Positions 28,439 to 37,481 of a stretch of DNA of 64,000 bases are shown here, piece by piece. The stretch covers positions 76,674-140,673 of the forward strand of contig CAVVFK010000001.1 of assembly GCA_963747435.1 (NCBI GenBank). Reading direction: 5' to 3'. Both the position numbers and the translations under genes were made by a program. The notes under the pieces are model-generated. The model was not told the DNA's origin. It made no database searches and saw only the letters and a list, made by a program, of their open reading frames with translations. Numbering within the stretch: position 1 is the stretch's first letter; each line of letters starts with the position of its first letter. The DNA is from an uncultured Actinomycetota bacterium. Its GTDB lineage: Bacteria > Actinomycetota > Actinomycetes > Propionibacteriales > Nocardioidaceae.

Positions 28439-28588
28439 GCGGTGGGCCGCGGTCCGGCCAGGGTGGGGTGTCGGCGGGCGTGGATGGGACTGGCCTCCGT
28501 GGAGCAGGGCGCAGCGACGAAGGAGCAGCGCCCTGCGTAACGGGTGGTTGCCCGCCGACGCCGTGGCCTGGGCGGGGCGTGGTCCGCC
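28439..28588 (-). repeat. Family-1 long hairpin element, copy C (intergenic)
   Basis: Perfect 10-bp stem GTCGGCGGGC (28470-28479) / GCCCGCCGAC (28550-28559). The core is GTGGATGGGACTGGCCTCC..GGAGC[AGGGCGC]AGCGACGAAGGAGCA[GCGCCCT]G..GGGTGGTT, with an extra 8-bp apical stem. Confidence 0.75.
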
Positions 28589-28623
28589 GTCAACCCCTTA
28601 CCGAGGCCAACCACGACCCTCCC

Positions 28624-29354
28624 TCAGAGTACGCGCCGCAGGAACTGGCGGGTGCGCTCCTCGTGCGGGTCACCGAGCACCTGCGAGGCAGGCCCCTCCT
28701 CCAGCACCCGACCGTCGTGGAGGAAGCAGACCTTGCGTCGCGACGTCGCGCGCGAACCCGATCTCGTGGGTCGCCAGCACCATCGTGGTGCTCCCCTGTG
28801 CCAGTGAGCGCAGGATGTCGAGCACCTCCCCCACCAGCTCGGGGTCGAGCGCCGCAGTGACCTCGTCGAGCAGCAACAGCTCGGGCCCGGTCGCCATGGC
28901 TCGGGCGATCGCGACCCGCTGCTGCTGCCCGCCGGAGAGCCGGTCGGGGTGCAGCGAGCCCATGCCGCTCAGGCCGAACCGCTCCAGCAAGCTCCTCGGC
29001 CTGCCGGACGGCCTCGCGCCTGCCCAGGCCGTGCGCCTTGAGCGGGGCCAGCACGAGATTGTCGAGCACGCTCATGTGGGGGAAGAGGTTGTAGGCCTGG
29101 AAGACCACCCCCATCCGACGCCGTACGGCGCGGGCGTCGAGCCGCGGGTCGGTCAGCTCCAGCCCGTCGAGGACGATGGTGCCGTCGTCGGTCGGCTCCA
29201 GCAGGTCCAGGCAGCGCAGCAGGGTGGACTTGCCGCTGCCGGAGGCCCCGATCAGGCACACCACGTCGCCGCGCTCGACCCGCAGGTCGAGGTCGTCGAG
29301 CACGACCTTCTCGCCGTAGGTCTTCCGCAGGCCGGTGACCTCGAGGAAGCTCAT
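28624..29354 (-). pseudogene. Polar amino acid ABC transporter ATPase (GlnQ-like) broken by two frameshifts
   Basis: Frame 1 reads MSFLEVTGLRKTYG...GASGSGKSTLLRC...AEEL, with a shift near 28988-28993. Frame 2 reads LLERFGLSGMGSLHPDRLSGGQQQRVAIARA...LLLDEVTAALDPE...ATHEIGFARDVA, with a shift near 28737-28742. Frame 3 reads RKVCFLHDGRVLEEGPASQVLGDPHEERTRQFLRRVL, with the stop at 28624. Confidence 0.75.
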
Positions 29355-30211
29355 CGTGCCCCCGCCCGTTCCCGCTGCATCGCGCGCCGCCCGACCCAGT
29401 CGGTGAAGCGAGCCAGCGGCACCGTCAGTGCCACGAACAGCGCGCCGGCGACGACGTAGGGGGTGAAGTTGAAGGTGTAGTTCGCGGTGTCTGCCGCCGT
29501 GCCGAGCGCGTCGAGCAGGCCGACGGCCGCGACCAGCGCGGTGTCCTTCTGCAGCGAGACGAAGTCGTTGAGCAGCGGCGGCATGACCCGGCGCACGGCT
29601 TGGGGCAGGACGACGAACCGCAGGGTCTGGGTGCCGCTGAGCCCGAGCGCGGTGGCGCTGGCGACTTGCGAGGGGTGGACCGACTCGATGCCGGCGCGGA
29701 TGACCTCGGCGACGTAGGCGCCGTAGGAGAGCACGAGCGCGACCAGCGCCAGCCAGAAGAACGAGGTGGTCACGCCCTGGAGCCGCAGCGTGGGTACGCC
29801 GAAGCAGATCAGGAAGACCACAAGGATCGTGGGCAGGCCACGGAAGAGGTCGGTGTAGCCGATCGCGACCACCCGGACCGGAAGCAGCAGTGGTGAGCGG
29901 CTCACACGGGCGGTGGCCACCGCGAGACCGACGAGAAGGATCAGCGGCTCGGCCAGCAGGAAGAGCCGCACGTTGAGCCAGAAGCCCTCCAGCACGTCGG
30001 GCAGCGCCTCTCGGCCCTGCTCGAGGTTGAAGAAGGTCTGCTGCACCACTGGCCAGCCGGGCGAGCCGAGCAGCAGGACGACGACCGCCCCGAAGAACAC
30101 GAGGGTGGAGACCGTCGCGATCGCGATCGAGCGACGTCGCATCCCCCGGGCCACGGCCTCGCGGCGCTGCTGGGCCTCGCTCGGGACCCAGGCCGGGTCA
30201 GGGGCGGCCAC
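29351..30211 (-). CDS. Amino acid ABC transporter permease (His/Glu/Gln/Arg family)
   Basis: 286 aa with the EAA-like loop SQVASATALGLSGTQTLRFVVLPQA. An ATGA overlap links it to the ATPase start. Confidence 0.85.
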   Translation of the reverse strand: MAAPDPAWVPSEAQQRREAVARGMRRRSIAIATVSTLVFFGAVVVLLLGSPGWPVVQQTFFNLEQGREALPDVLEGFWLNVRLFLLAEPLILLVGLAVATARVSRSPLLLPVRVVAIGYTDLFRGLPTILVVFLICFGVPTLRLQGVTTSFFWLALVALVLSYGAYVAEVIRAGIESVHPSQVASATALGLSGTQTLRFVVLPQAVRRVMPPLLNDFVSLQKDTALVAAVGLLDALGTAADTANYTFNFTPYVVAGALFVALTVPLARFTDWVGRRAMQRERAGAR

Positions 30212-30214
30212 GCG

Positions 30215-31096
30215 CTACTGCAGCTCCGGGACGTCGACGACGTCGGAGAGCCAGCGCTGCTCGAGCTGGTCCAGCGTGCCGTCCTTCCGCAGGGTCGCCA
30301 GCGCCTGGTTGACGCACGGCACCAGCTCGCTGCCCTTCTCGAAGAGCATCCCGAACTCCTCCTGCTCGCCGGTCTCGGGCTGGAACTGGCCGACCATCGT
30401 GCCCTGCGGGATCTCCACCGCGGTGATGTAGAAGGCGGTCGGGAGGTCGGCGAGGATCGCGTCGACCTGGCCGTTCTGCAACGCCTGCTTGGCCGCACTG
30501 GTGTCCTGGAAGACCAGGGGGTCCTCCTCGGGCTGGATCACGTCGCGGATCGCGGTCAGGCTGGTGGTGCCGGTCTGGGCGCCGAGCTTGAGCGAGGCCA
30601 GGTCCGCCACGCTCTGCGCGTCAGCCGCGTCGGAGTCCTTGAGCGCGATGACCGCCTGTGCTGCGGAGTAGTAGCCGTCGGAGAAGTCGACGACCGCGGC
30701 GCGGTCCGCGGTGATCGAGATCTGGTTGATGTCGAAGTCGAACTCCTTGGGACCGGGCTTGTAGGAGTTGTTGAACTTCACCCGGGTCCAGGTGACCTCG
30801 TCCTGGCTGAAGCCCAGCTCCTCGGCAACGGCGTAGGCCACGGCCGACTCATAGCCCTTGCCGTTGGTGGGGTCGTTGTCGACGAACCACGGCTCGTAGG
30901 CCGGCTTGTCGGTGCCGATGGTCAGCGTCCCGTCCTGCTGCAGCGGCAGCTGGTCCGTGGCGCACTCGTCGGCGGAAGCGGTCCCGGAGGACTCCGACGG
31001 CTCCTCCTCCTGTGGGGCGCAGCCGGCGAAGAGAACCAGCGGTGCAACGGCTGCGGCGAGCACCAGTCGCCGGGTGCGGAATCGTGCGATCGGCAT
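30215..31096 (-). CDS. Amino acid ABC transporter substrate-binding lipoprotein
   Basis: ATG at 31096 with signal and lipobox MPIARFRTRRLVLAAAVAPLVLFAGC. The rest looks like a type 3 periplasmic-binding fold (DFDINQISITADRAAVVDFS). Confidence 0.85.
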   Translation of the reverse strand: MPIARFRTRRLVLAAAVAPLVLFAGCAPQEEEPSESSGTASADECATDQLPLQQDGTLTIGTDKPAYEPWFVDNDPTNGKGYESAVAYAVAEELGFSQDEVTWTRVKFNNSYKPGPKEFDFDINQISITADRAAVVDFSDGYYSAAQAVIALKDSDAADAQSVADLASLKLGAQTGTTSLTAIRDVIQPEEDPLVFQDTSAAKQALQNGQVDAILADLPTAFYITAVEIPQGTMVGQFQPETGEQEEFGMLFEKGSELVPCVNQALATLRKDGTLDQLEQRWLSDVVDVPELQ

Positions 31097-31152
31097 GGCG
31101 GGATCGTAGTCCGGCCGCGAGGGGATGCAGGAGAGGTCCAAAGTCATTCTCT

Positions 31153-31187
31153 TGCAACGAGTTGCATAGCCCGTGCAACTCGTTGCA
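31153..31187. promoter_or_regulatory. Two tandem 14-bp palindromes TGCAAC-NN-GTTGCA (candidate PadR operators)
   Basis: TGCAACGAGTTGCA (31153-31166) and TGCAACTCGTTGCA (31174-31187) are each followed by TA. The second ends 11 nt before the padR ATG. Both lie in the divergent region shared with the ABC operon. Confidence 0.6.
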
Positions 31188-31198
31188 TACTTCTGCCC

Positions 31199-31765
31199 AT
31201 GGCTCTGGAGCACGCGATCCTGGTGTCCCTCAGCGAGCGCGCTGCCTCGGGCTCCGAGCTGACCCGGCGCTTCGACCGGTCGATCGGGTACTTCTGGACC
31301 GCCACCCACCAGCAGATCTACCGCGTGCTGGGCCGCATGGAGACCCGAGCGTGGGTCGTCTCCGCCACGGTCCCGCAGTCCGGAGGACCCGACCGCAAGG
31401 TCTACGAGGTCACCGAGGCCGGGCGCGCGGAGGTGCGGCGCTGGCTGGCCGAGCCGCTGGAGCGCGAGACCCACCGAAGCGACCTCGCCGTCAAGCTGCG
31501 CGCCGCGTCGTACGGCGACCGGGCGGCCCTGCTGCGCGAGGTGGCCTCGCTGCGGGCCGAGCACGAGCTGCGACAGCTGGCCTACGAGCAGATGCTGGCC
31601 GACACCTACCCGGACCCGGGCGCCCTGGCCGGACGCGAGCTCGACCAGTACCTCGTCCTGCGTGGCGGGGTGCGCATGGAGCGGTTCTGGGTCGAGTGGC
31701 TGCAGGAGTACCTCACCGCCCACGGGGTCTCGACGAGCTCGACCGCCGATGAGATGACCAGCTGA
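31199..31765 (+). CDS. PadR family transcriptional regulator
   Basis: MALEHAILVSLSERAASGSELTRRFDRSIGYFWTATHQQIYRVLGRME...KVYEVTEAGR is a winged-helix PadR pattern. Confidence 0.85.
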   Translation: MALEHAILVSLSERAASGSELTRRFDRSIGYFWTATHQQIYRVLGRMETRAWVVSATVPQSGGPDRKVYEVTEAGRAEVRRWLAEPLERETHRSDLAVKLRAASYGDRAALLREVASLRAEHELRQLAYEQMLADTYPDPGALAGRELDQYLVLRGGVRMERFWVEWLQEYLTAHGVSTSSTADEMTS

Positions 31766-31777
31766 TCAGGAGACCAG

Positions 31778-33796
31778 ATGACCACCGCTTCGCCGTACCC
31801 GACCCTGCTCTCACCCCTGCAGGTGCAGGGGGGCACGCTACGCAACCGAGTCGTGATGGGCTCCATGCACACGGGCCTGGAGGACCGCCCGTGGCACGTC
31901 GATGAGCTGGCGGCGTACTTCGCCGAGCGGGCGAAGGGCGGCGTCGGGCTGATCGTGACCGGCGGGTACTCCCCCAACGTGCGCGGCTGGCTGCTTCCGT
32001 TCGGGTCGCAGATGTCGACCCGGCTCAACGCCGCACGGCACACCCGCGTCACCGACGCGGTGCACGAGCACGGCGCCAAGATCGCGCTCCAGCTGCTGCA
32101 CGCGGGGCGCTACGGCTATACGCCCTTCAGCCAGAGCGCGAGCTCCAGCAAGTCGCCGATCACGCCGTTCAAGGCCAGCGGCATGAGCGCCAAGCAGGTC
32201 GAGCAGACCATCGCGGACTTCGTCGCCTCGGCCCGGCTCGCTCGCAGCGCCGGCTACGACGCGGTCGAGATCATGGGCTCGGAGGGTTACCTGATCAACC
32301 AGTTCCTCGCCGCCCGCGTCAACCGTCGCGACGACAAGTGGGGTGGGTCCGCGCAGAACCGGATGCGGTTCCCGGTGGAGATCGTGCGGCGGATCCGTGA
32401 GGAGGTCGGCGACGACCTGATCGTGATGTACCGGATGTCGCTGCTCGACCTCGTCGACGACGCTCAGGACTGGGACGAGACGCTCGAGCTCGCGCACCGC
32501 GTCGAGGACGCCGGCGCCTCGATCATCAACACCGGCATCGGGTGGCACGAGGCGCGGGTGCCGACGATCCTCACCCAGGTCCCCCGAGCGGCGTGGTCGT
32601 GGACCACCAAGCGGCTGCGCGGGGAGGTCGGCATCCCGGTCTGCGCCTCCAACCGGATCAACACCCCCGAGACCTGCGAGCAGCTGCTGGCCGACGGCAG
32701 CGCCGACCTGGTCTCGATGGCGCGCCCGCTGCTGGCCGACGCCGACTTCGTGGCGAAGGCGCAGGCCGGCCGCGGCGACGAGATCAACACCTGCATCGCC
32801 TGCAACCAGGCCTGCCTGGACCACACCTTCGCCGCCAAGCGCGCCTCGTGCCTGGTCAACCCGCGCGCCTGCCGCGAGACCGAGCTGGTGCTGCTGCCGG
32901 TGCCGCGCACCCGGGCCAAGCGGGTCGCGGTCGTCGGTGGCGGCCCGGCCGGCCTCGCCGCGGCCCTGACCGCAGCCGAGCGCGGTCACCGGGTCACGCT
33001 GTTCGAGGCGCAGGACGAGCTCGGCGGGCAGTTCCGCTACGCGATGCGCATCCCGGGCAAGGAGGAGTTCGCCGAGACACTGCGCTACTACCGGCGCCGC
33101 TTCGAGGTGCTCGGCGTCGAGGTCCGGCTCGGCTCGCGGGCCGCGGCCGAGGAGCTCGCCTCCTACGACGAGGTGGTGGTGGCGACCGGTGTGGTTCCGC
33201 GCCGGGTGGACTTCCCGGGCTGCGACCACCCCAGCGTCGTGGCCTACGACGACGTGCTCAGTGGGCGGGTCGAGGTCGGACGTCGGGTGGCGGTGGTCGG
33301 TGCCGGCGGCATCGGGGTCGACATGAGCGTCTTCCTCACCCACACCGAGGAGGACCTGGAGGAGTGGCTTGCGCACTGGGGGGTCGGCGACCCCTCGTTG
33401 CACCGGGGCGGGCTGACCGAGAAGAAGCCACGCACGGCGGCCCGGGAGGTCCACCTGCTCCAGCGCAAGACCTCCCGGATCGGCAAGCACCTCGGCAAGA
33501 CGTCGGGCTGGGCGCACCGCATCGTGCTCAAGGACTCCGGCGTCGAGCAGGTGCCCGGCGTCACCTACGAGCGCGTGGACGACGCCGGGCTGCACATCAG
33601 CGTCGAGGGGGAGCCGCGGCTGCTCGAGGTGGACCACGTCGTGGTCTGCGCGGGCCAGGAGTCGGTGCGCTCGCTCTACGACGAGCTGGTCGCGGCGGGG
33701 GTGAGCGCTCACCTGATCGGGGGCGCAGACGTGGCAGCCGAGCTGGACGCGAAGCGGGCGATCAAGCAGGGCACCGAGGTCGCGGCGCGGTTGTAG
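31778..33796 (+). CDS. fadH: NADPH-dependent 2,4-dienoyl-CoA reductase
   Basis: 672 aa with an AGGAGA RBS. It has an Old-Yellow-Enzyme-like N-terminus, a 4Fe-4S motif CIACNQACLD and a C-terminal VAVVGGGPAGLAAA NAD/FAD-binding domain. Confidence 0.9.
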   Translation: MTTASPYPTLLSPLQVQGGTLRNRVVMGSMHTGLEDRPWHVDELAAYFAERAKGGVGLIVTGGYSPNVRGWLLPFGSQMSTRLNAARHTRVTDAVHEHGAKIALQLLHAGRYGYTPFSQSASSSKSPITPFKASGMSAKQVEQTIADFVASARLARSAGYDAVEIMGSEGYLINQFLAARVNRRDDKWGGSAQNRMRFPVEIVRRIREEVGDDLIVMYRMSLLDLVDDAQDWDETLELAHRVEDAGASIINTGIGWHEARVPTILTQVPRAAWSWTTKRLRGEVGIPVCASNRINTPETCEQLLADGSADLVSMARPLLADADFVAKAQAGRGDEINTCIACNQACLDHTFAAKRASCLVNPRACRETELVLLPVPRTRAKRVAVVGGGPAGLAAALTAAERGHRVTLFEAQDELGGQFRYAMRIPGKEEFAETLRYYRRRFEVLGVEVRLGSRAAAEELASYDEVVVATGVVPRRVDFPGCDHPSVVAYDDVLSGRVEVGRRVAVVGAGGIGVDMSVFLTHTEEDLEEWLAHWGVGDPSLHRGGLTEKKPRTAAREVHLLQRKTSRIGKHLGKTSGWAHRIVLKDSGVEQVPGVTYERVDDAGLHISVEGEPRLLEVDHVVVCAGQESVRSLYDELVAAGVSAHLIGGADVAAELDAKRAIKQGTEVAARL

Positions 33797-33840
33797 AGGA
33801 CCAGCGGACTCGCGCACCTGTGCCGGACGGGATGCCCAGC

Positions 33841-33896
33841 GGGCGGATGGCGGCCGGATCTCGGGGGAATTGACCCGGGGGTTCCGCCACCCGCCC
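33841..33896 (+). terminator. Long hairpin downstream of fadH
   Basis: GGGCGGATGGCGG (33841-33853) pairs with CCGCCACCCGCCC (33884-33896) with one mismatch. Confidence 0.5.
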
Positions 33897-34131
33897 TGTT
33901 GACGTGAGCGACCCTCCACGTCGCGTCACGTCAGCGGTCACCGCCTCCAGGGGCGGCAGTCACCGCTCGTGCCCCGGGTTTCCAGTGCCGGACTGGAGTG
34001 GTGGGAGTTTCCGGCACCGTGCGGTCGTCTCACGGCACATGAGGGCAGCTGGGTATGCACCGTTCGATGTCGACCGCTGCGGAGGGCACTGCCCGGAAGC
34101 ACGATTGCGGCACCCTCCGCGGTCTGTGGCT

Positions 34132-34758
34132 CTACCTCTCGACCGAGGCGCGAGCTGGGGCTCCTTCCCACGAGTTGGCGGCACCGGCCTTCGACCGGTC
34201 CAGGTACGAGAGGGCTCCCATGACCCAGAAGAGCGTGAGCGGCATGCCCAGCAGTGCGGCCTCGGGCTGCAGGGCCACCCAGATGACCGCGGCCATGGTC
34301 AGCACCATCGAGATGACGGTGGCGACCTCGCGGTCCTCCTGGGTCTCTGATGCGCCCCGGCGTACGCCGATGAAGCTGAGGGTGAAGACCACCACGAGCA
34401 TGGCGAGCACGAACGGGGTCTGGACCACGGCGAAGGCGGCGGCCTGCACCATCGCCACGATCGCGCCGATGGCCATGAACGTGTCGCCCAGGCCGATGCG
34501 TCCGGCTGAGCCTCCGTCGTGTGGCCCGAAGGCGTGGACCGCACGGGCGGCCAGGAGTGTGGTGAAGGCCAGGGTGGTCAGGGTGAAGACGACCAGGCCG
34601 GCCGACACCTGCTCACCGACGGTGCAGGCGGTGGTGCTGCCGCCGGTGCGCAGCAGCGCGGCACAGCTGTCCTGCGTGACGAGGTAGGCGGTGTAGAGCG
34701 CGCCGAGAGCGAGCCCGAGCCCACTGAGGGCGAAAGCTCGTCGAAAGACCTGGTCCAT
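34132..34758 (-). CDS. Hypothetical polytopic membrane protein
   Basis: ATG at 34758 lies 7 nt after GGGAGG. The 208-aa protein has several hydrophobic segments. No family recognised. Confidence 0.6.
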   Translation of the reverse strand: MDQVFRRAFALSGLGLALGALYTAYLVTQDSCAALLRTGGSTTACTVGEQVSAGLVVFTLTTLAFTTLLAARAVHAFGPHDGGSAGRIGLGDTFMAIGAIVAMVQAAAFAVVQTPFVLAMLVVVFTLSFIGVRRGASETQEDREVATVISMVLTMAAVIWVALQPEAALLGMPLTLFWVMGALSYLDRSKAGAANSWEGAPARASVER

Positions 34759-34967
34759 AGGAGTGCCTCCCTGCACGTCCGTGGCAGAAGTCCGAGGCGC
34801 GGGTCTCTCCACCCGCACACTGCCGGAATCCATTATGTCCGTTTCTGTGGTTCGGGACTAGTAAAGGACGTAAGTCCTCTCGGCGGCTGGCCCGAACGAG
34901 TCGGTCTTTACCTACCCATCCGCATCAGCCGCTAAGCCGAACGTCGCGCGAGGTCACCCCCGCCGGT

Positions 34968-35852
34968 CTAGGCCAGCAGAACCGGCAGTCGACCGGGGAG
35001 CACACCGGCGGTCAGCGGCAGCGCTCCGATCCGCTCGCCGTCGCCGTAGCCGACGACGTCGTGCGCCGAGACCACCACCTCCGACCCCCGCAGCACGCTC
35101 ACCTCGGGGAGGTCGATGTGGCTGCCGTCGTAGACCTTGGGGAGCCGTCGGATCATCGAGAACCGCGAGTCGGCCGGGAGCACCACGACGTCGAGCAGTC
35201 CGTCGTGCACGTCGGCCATCGGCGCGATGTGCATGCCTGAGCCGTAGTAGCCGGAGTTGGCCACGACCACGTTGAACGCCGCCTGCTCGTGGGTGCGACC
35301 GTCCACCGTCACCCGGAAGGTCCGCGGTCGGTAGGTCGCCAGGGCACGCACGGCCGCGGCGGGGTACTGCAGCGCGGAGGGCATCCGACGCGAGCGGTCC
35401 ACGATCTCCGAGGCCAGCGAGTCGACCCCGGCGTAGAGGCTGCCGAGCACGACGGTGCGCGGTACGTCGTGCCCGGTCACCTCGATCACGTCGACCGGCG
35501 TCGGGTCACCCTCCAGCAGGGTGTGGGTCACTGCCTCGGGGTCGCCGGGCAACCGAAGCATCCGGGCGAAGTCGTTGCCCCGCCCGCTCGGGACGATGCC
35601 GAGGGTGCCCCCGGCGTCGACGAGGGTCCCCGCGAGGGAGGCGAGCATGCCGTCGCCGCCCGCGGCCACGACGACCTGGTCCATGGCCACGGCCTCCAGC
35701 GCCGCCTGGCGGCCGTGCTCGGCCGACCGGCTCGGCTCGACCACGACCCGGGCGCCGGCCTCCTCCAGGAGCCGGGCGACCTCGGCCACCTTGCCCGGCG
35801 CCGACCCGCCCCCGGACGTCGGGTTGACCAGGATCCGGAAGCTGCGGTTCAC
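34968..35852 (-). CDS. Diacylglycerol kinase family lipid kinase
   Basis: GTG at 35852 (VNRSFRILVNPTSGGG...) with motifs AAGGDGM and VPSGRGNDFAR. A GTGA overlap links it to the upstream gene. Confidence 0.85.
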   Translation of the reverse strand: MNRSFRILVNPTSGGGSAPGKVAEVARLLEEAGARVVVEPSRSAEHGRQAALEAVAMDQVVVAAGGDGMLASLAGTLVDAGGTLGIVPSGRGNDFARMLRLPGDPEAVTHTLLEGDPTPVDVIEVTGHDVPRTVVLGSLYAGVDSLASEIVDRSRRMPSALQYPAAAVRALATYRPRTFRVTVDGRTHEQAAFNVVVANSGYYGSGMHIAPMADVHDGLLDVVVLPADSRFSMIRRLPKVYDGSHIDLPEVSVLRGSEVVVSAHDVVGYGDGERIGALPLTAGVLPGRLPVLLA

Positions 35853-37444
35853 GGGACCATCACGCCAGGGTTGAGCACCCCGGCCGGGTCGATGCTCGCC
35901 TTCACCGCGCGCAGGACCTGCACACCGACCGGTCCGATCTCGCGCTCGAACCAGGGCTTGTGGTCGCGCCCGACGGCGTGGTGATGGGTGATCGAGGCGC
36001 CGGCCTCGATCATGGCGTCGCTGGCTGCGGCCTTGGCGCGGCGCCACTGCCCCAGGCCGTCCTCGAGCTCCTTGGCCGCGACGGTGAAGTAGAGGGAGGC
36101 GCCGGTCTCGTAGACGTGGGAGATGTGGCACAGCACCAGGGGCGGTGTGCCCTGCTCGGTCAGCTCGGTCTCCACGGCCTGCTTCACCTCGGCGTAGAGC
36201 CGCTCGAGGTTGGACCAGAAGGTCACCGTCTCGAAGGTCTCCACCAGCACCCCGATGTCGAGCAGCGAGTCCCGCAGGTAGGGCCCGTCGAACCGGCCCG
36301 CGGCCCACGACTGCCCGACCTCCTCGCCCAGGCACTCTCCCCCGGCGCCGGTGAGTGCGGCGCTCACGACCTCGCGGGAGCGGCGTACGGCCTCGGGAGT
36401 GCCCTCGTGGCCGGTGATCATCAAGGCGCCACCGGAGCTCTCGGAGCCGACCGCGTCGGGGCGGGCCAGGTTGACCGAGGTCTCGGCCTCGTCGGAGAGC
36501 CGCAGCACCGTCGGCATCGTCCGAGCCTGGGCCAGCGCGCGCATCGCGGCAGCGCCGGCGGCGAAGGACTCGAAGCGCCAGCCCTCGTAGAGCTTCTGCT
36601 CCGGCAGCGGCCGGGTGGTCAGGGTCACCTCCGTGATCACACCGAACGCACCCTCGGACCCCATCACCAGCTCACGCAGGTCGGGCCCGGCGGCGTTGGC
36701 CGGCGAGCTTCCGACCTCCCAGTCGCCGAGGGGGGTGGCCACCTTGAGCCGCACGACCATGGCGTCGAACCGGCCGTAGCCCGCCGACGACTGGCCGCTG
36801 GAGCGGGTGGCGGCGAAGCCGCCGATGGAGGCGTAGCGGAAGGACTGGGGGTAGTGGCCGATCATCAGGCCGTGCTCGGCCAGGAGCTCCTCGGCCTCGG
36901 GGCCCAGGAGTCCCGCCTCGAGCGTCGCGGTGCCGGAGACCTCGTCGACCTCGAGGAGCCTGGTCATGCGTCGCAGGTCGAGCGCGACCACCCCGGCCAG
37001 ACCGTCACGGCGGGCGGCCAGACCGCCGACCACGCTGGTCCCGCCCCCGAAGGGCACCACCGCGACTCCCGCCTCGGCGGCCCACGCGACCACCGCGGCG
37101 ACCTCGCCGTGCGACGCGGGACGCACCACGGCGTCGGGGGCGTCAGCGGCGTCGCCCTCCCGGATCCGCAGCAGGTCCGGCGTCGACTTGCCGCGGGTGC
37201 GAGCGATGCGCCACTCCACGTCGGTGTGCACGTGGGCCTCCCCCACCAGGCCCCCCAGGGAGGCCAGCGCGGCCGGGCTCAGGCCGACGTCGGGCAGCCG
37301 GACCTCACCGACCTCGACGGCGGGCCGCTCGGTGATGTCACCGACGAACAGCTCGATCAGCTCGCGCATCGACTCCGAGACCGGGTGGGCCTGGTCCGGG
37401 TCGCCCCAGCGCGACCAGTGCATGGGTGAGGTCAGCTCGATCAT
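35849..37444 (-). CDS. FAD-linked oxidase, alkyl-dihydroxyacetonephosphate synthase-like flavoprotein
   Basis: ATG at 37444 (MIELTSPMHWSRWGD...). It has a PCMH-type FAD-binding domain (VVPFGGGTSVVGG) and a C-terminal HHHAVGRDHKPW motif. Confidence 0.8.
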   Translation of the reverse strand: MIELTSPMHWSRWGDPDQAHPVSESMRELIELFVGDITERPAVEVGEVRLPDVGLSPAALASLGGLVGEAHVHTDVEWRIARTRGKSTPDLLRIREGDAADAPDAVVRPASHGEVAAVVAWAAEAGVAVVPFGGGTSVVGGLAARRDGLAGVVALDLRRMTRLLEVDEVSGTATLEAGLLGPEAEELLAEHGLMIGHYPQSFRYASIGGFAATRSSGQSSAGYGRFDAMVVRLKVATPLGDWEVGSSPANAAGPDLRELVMGSEGAFGVITEVTLTTRPLPEQKLYEGWRFESFAAGAAAMRALAQARTMPTVLRLSDEAETSVNLARPDAVGSESSGGALMITGHEGTPEAVRRSREVVSAALTGAGGECLGEEVGQSWAAGRFDGPYLRDSLLDIGVLVETFETVTFWSNLERLYAEVKQAVETELTEQGTPPLVLCHISHVYETGASLYFTVAAKELEDGLGQWRRAKAAASDAMIEAGASITHHHAVGRDHKPWFEREIGPVGVQVLRAVKASIDPAGVLNPGVMVP

Positions 37445-37452
37445 GCGATACA

Positions 37453-37481
37453 GTGTGACACATGATGTCCATTCGTCACAC
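37453..37481. promoter_or_regulatory. Inverted repeat GTGTGAC-N15-GTCACAC spanning the TetR start
   Basis: The divergent intergenic gap is only 17 nt. The half-sites resemble the TGACA/TGTCA sites at 26897 and 28223. Confidence 0.35.

Noticed and set aside
33904-34350. A 148-aa plus-strand ORF and 74-84-aa ORFs in the fadH-downstream gap.
   Set aside because: Their composition is Arg/Gly/Pro-rich, they have no RBS, and they overlap the terminator hairpins and the 3' end of the convergent membrane-protein gene.
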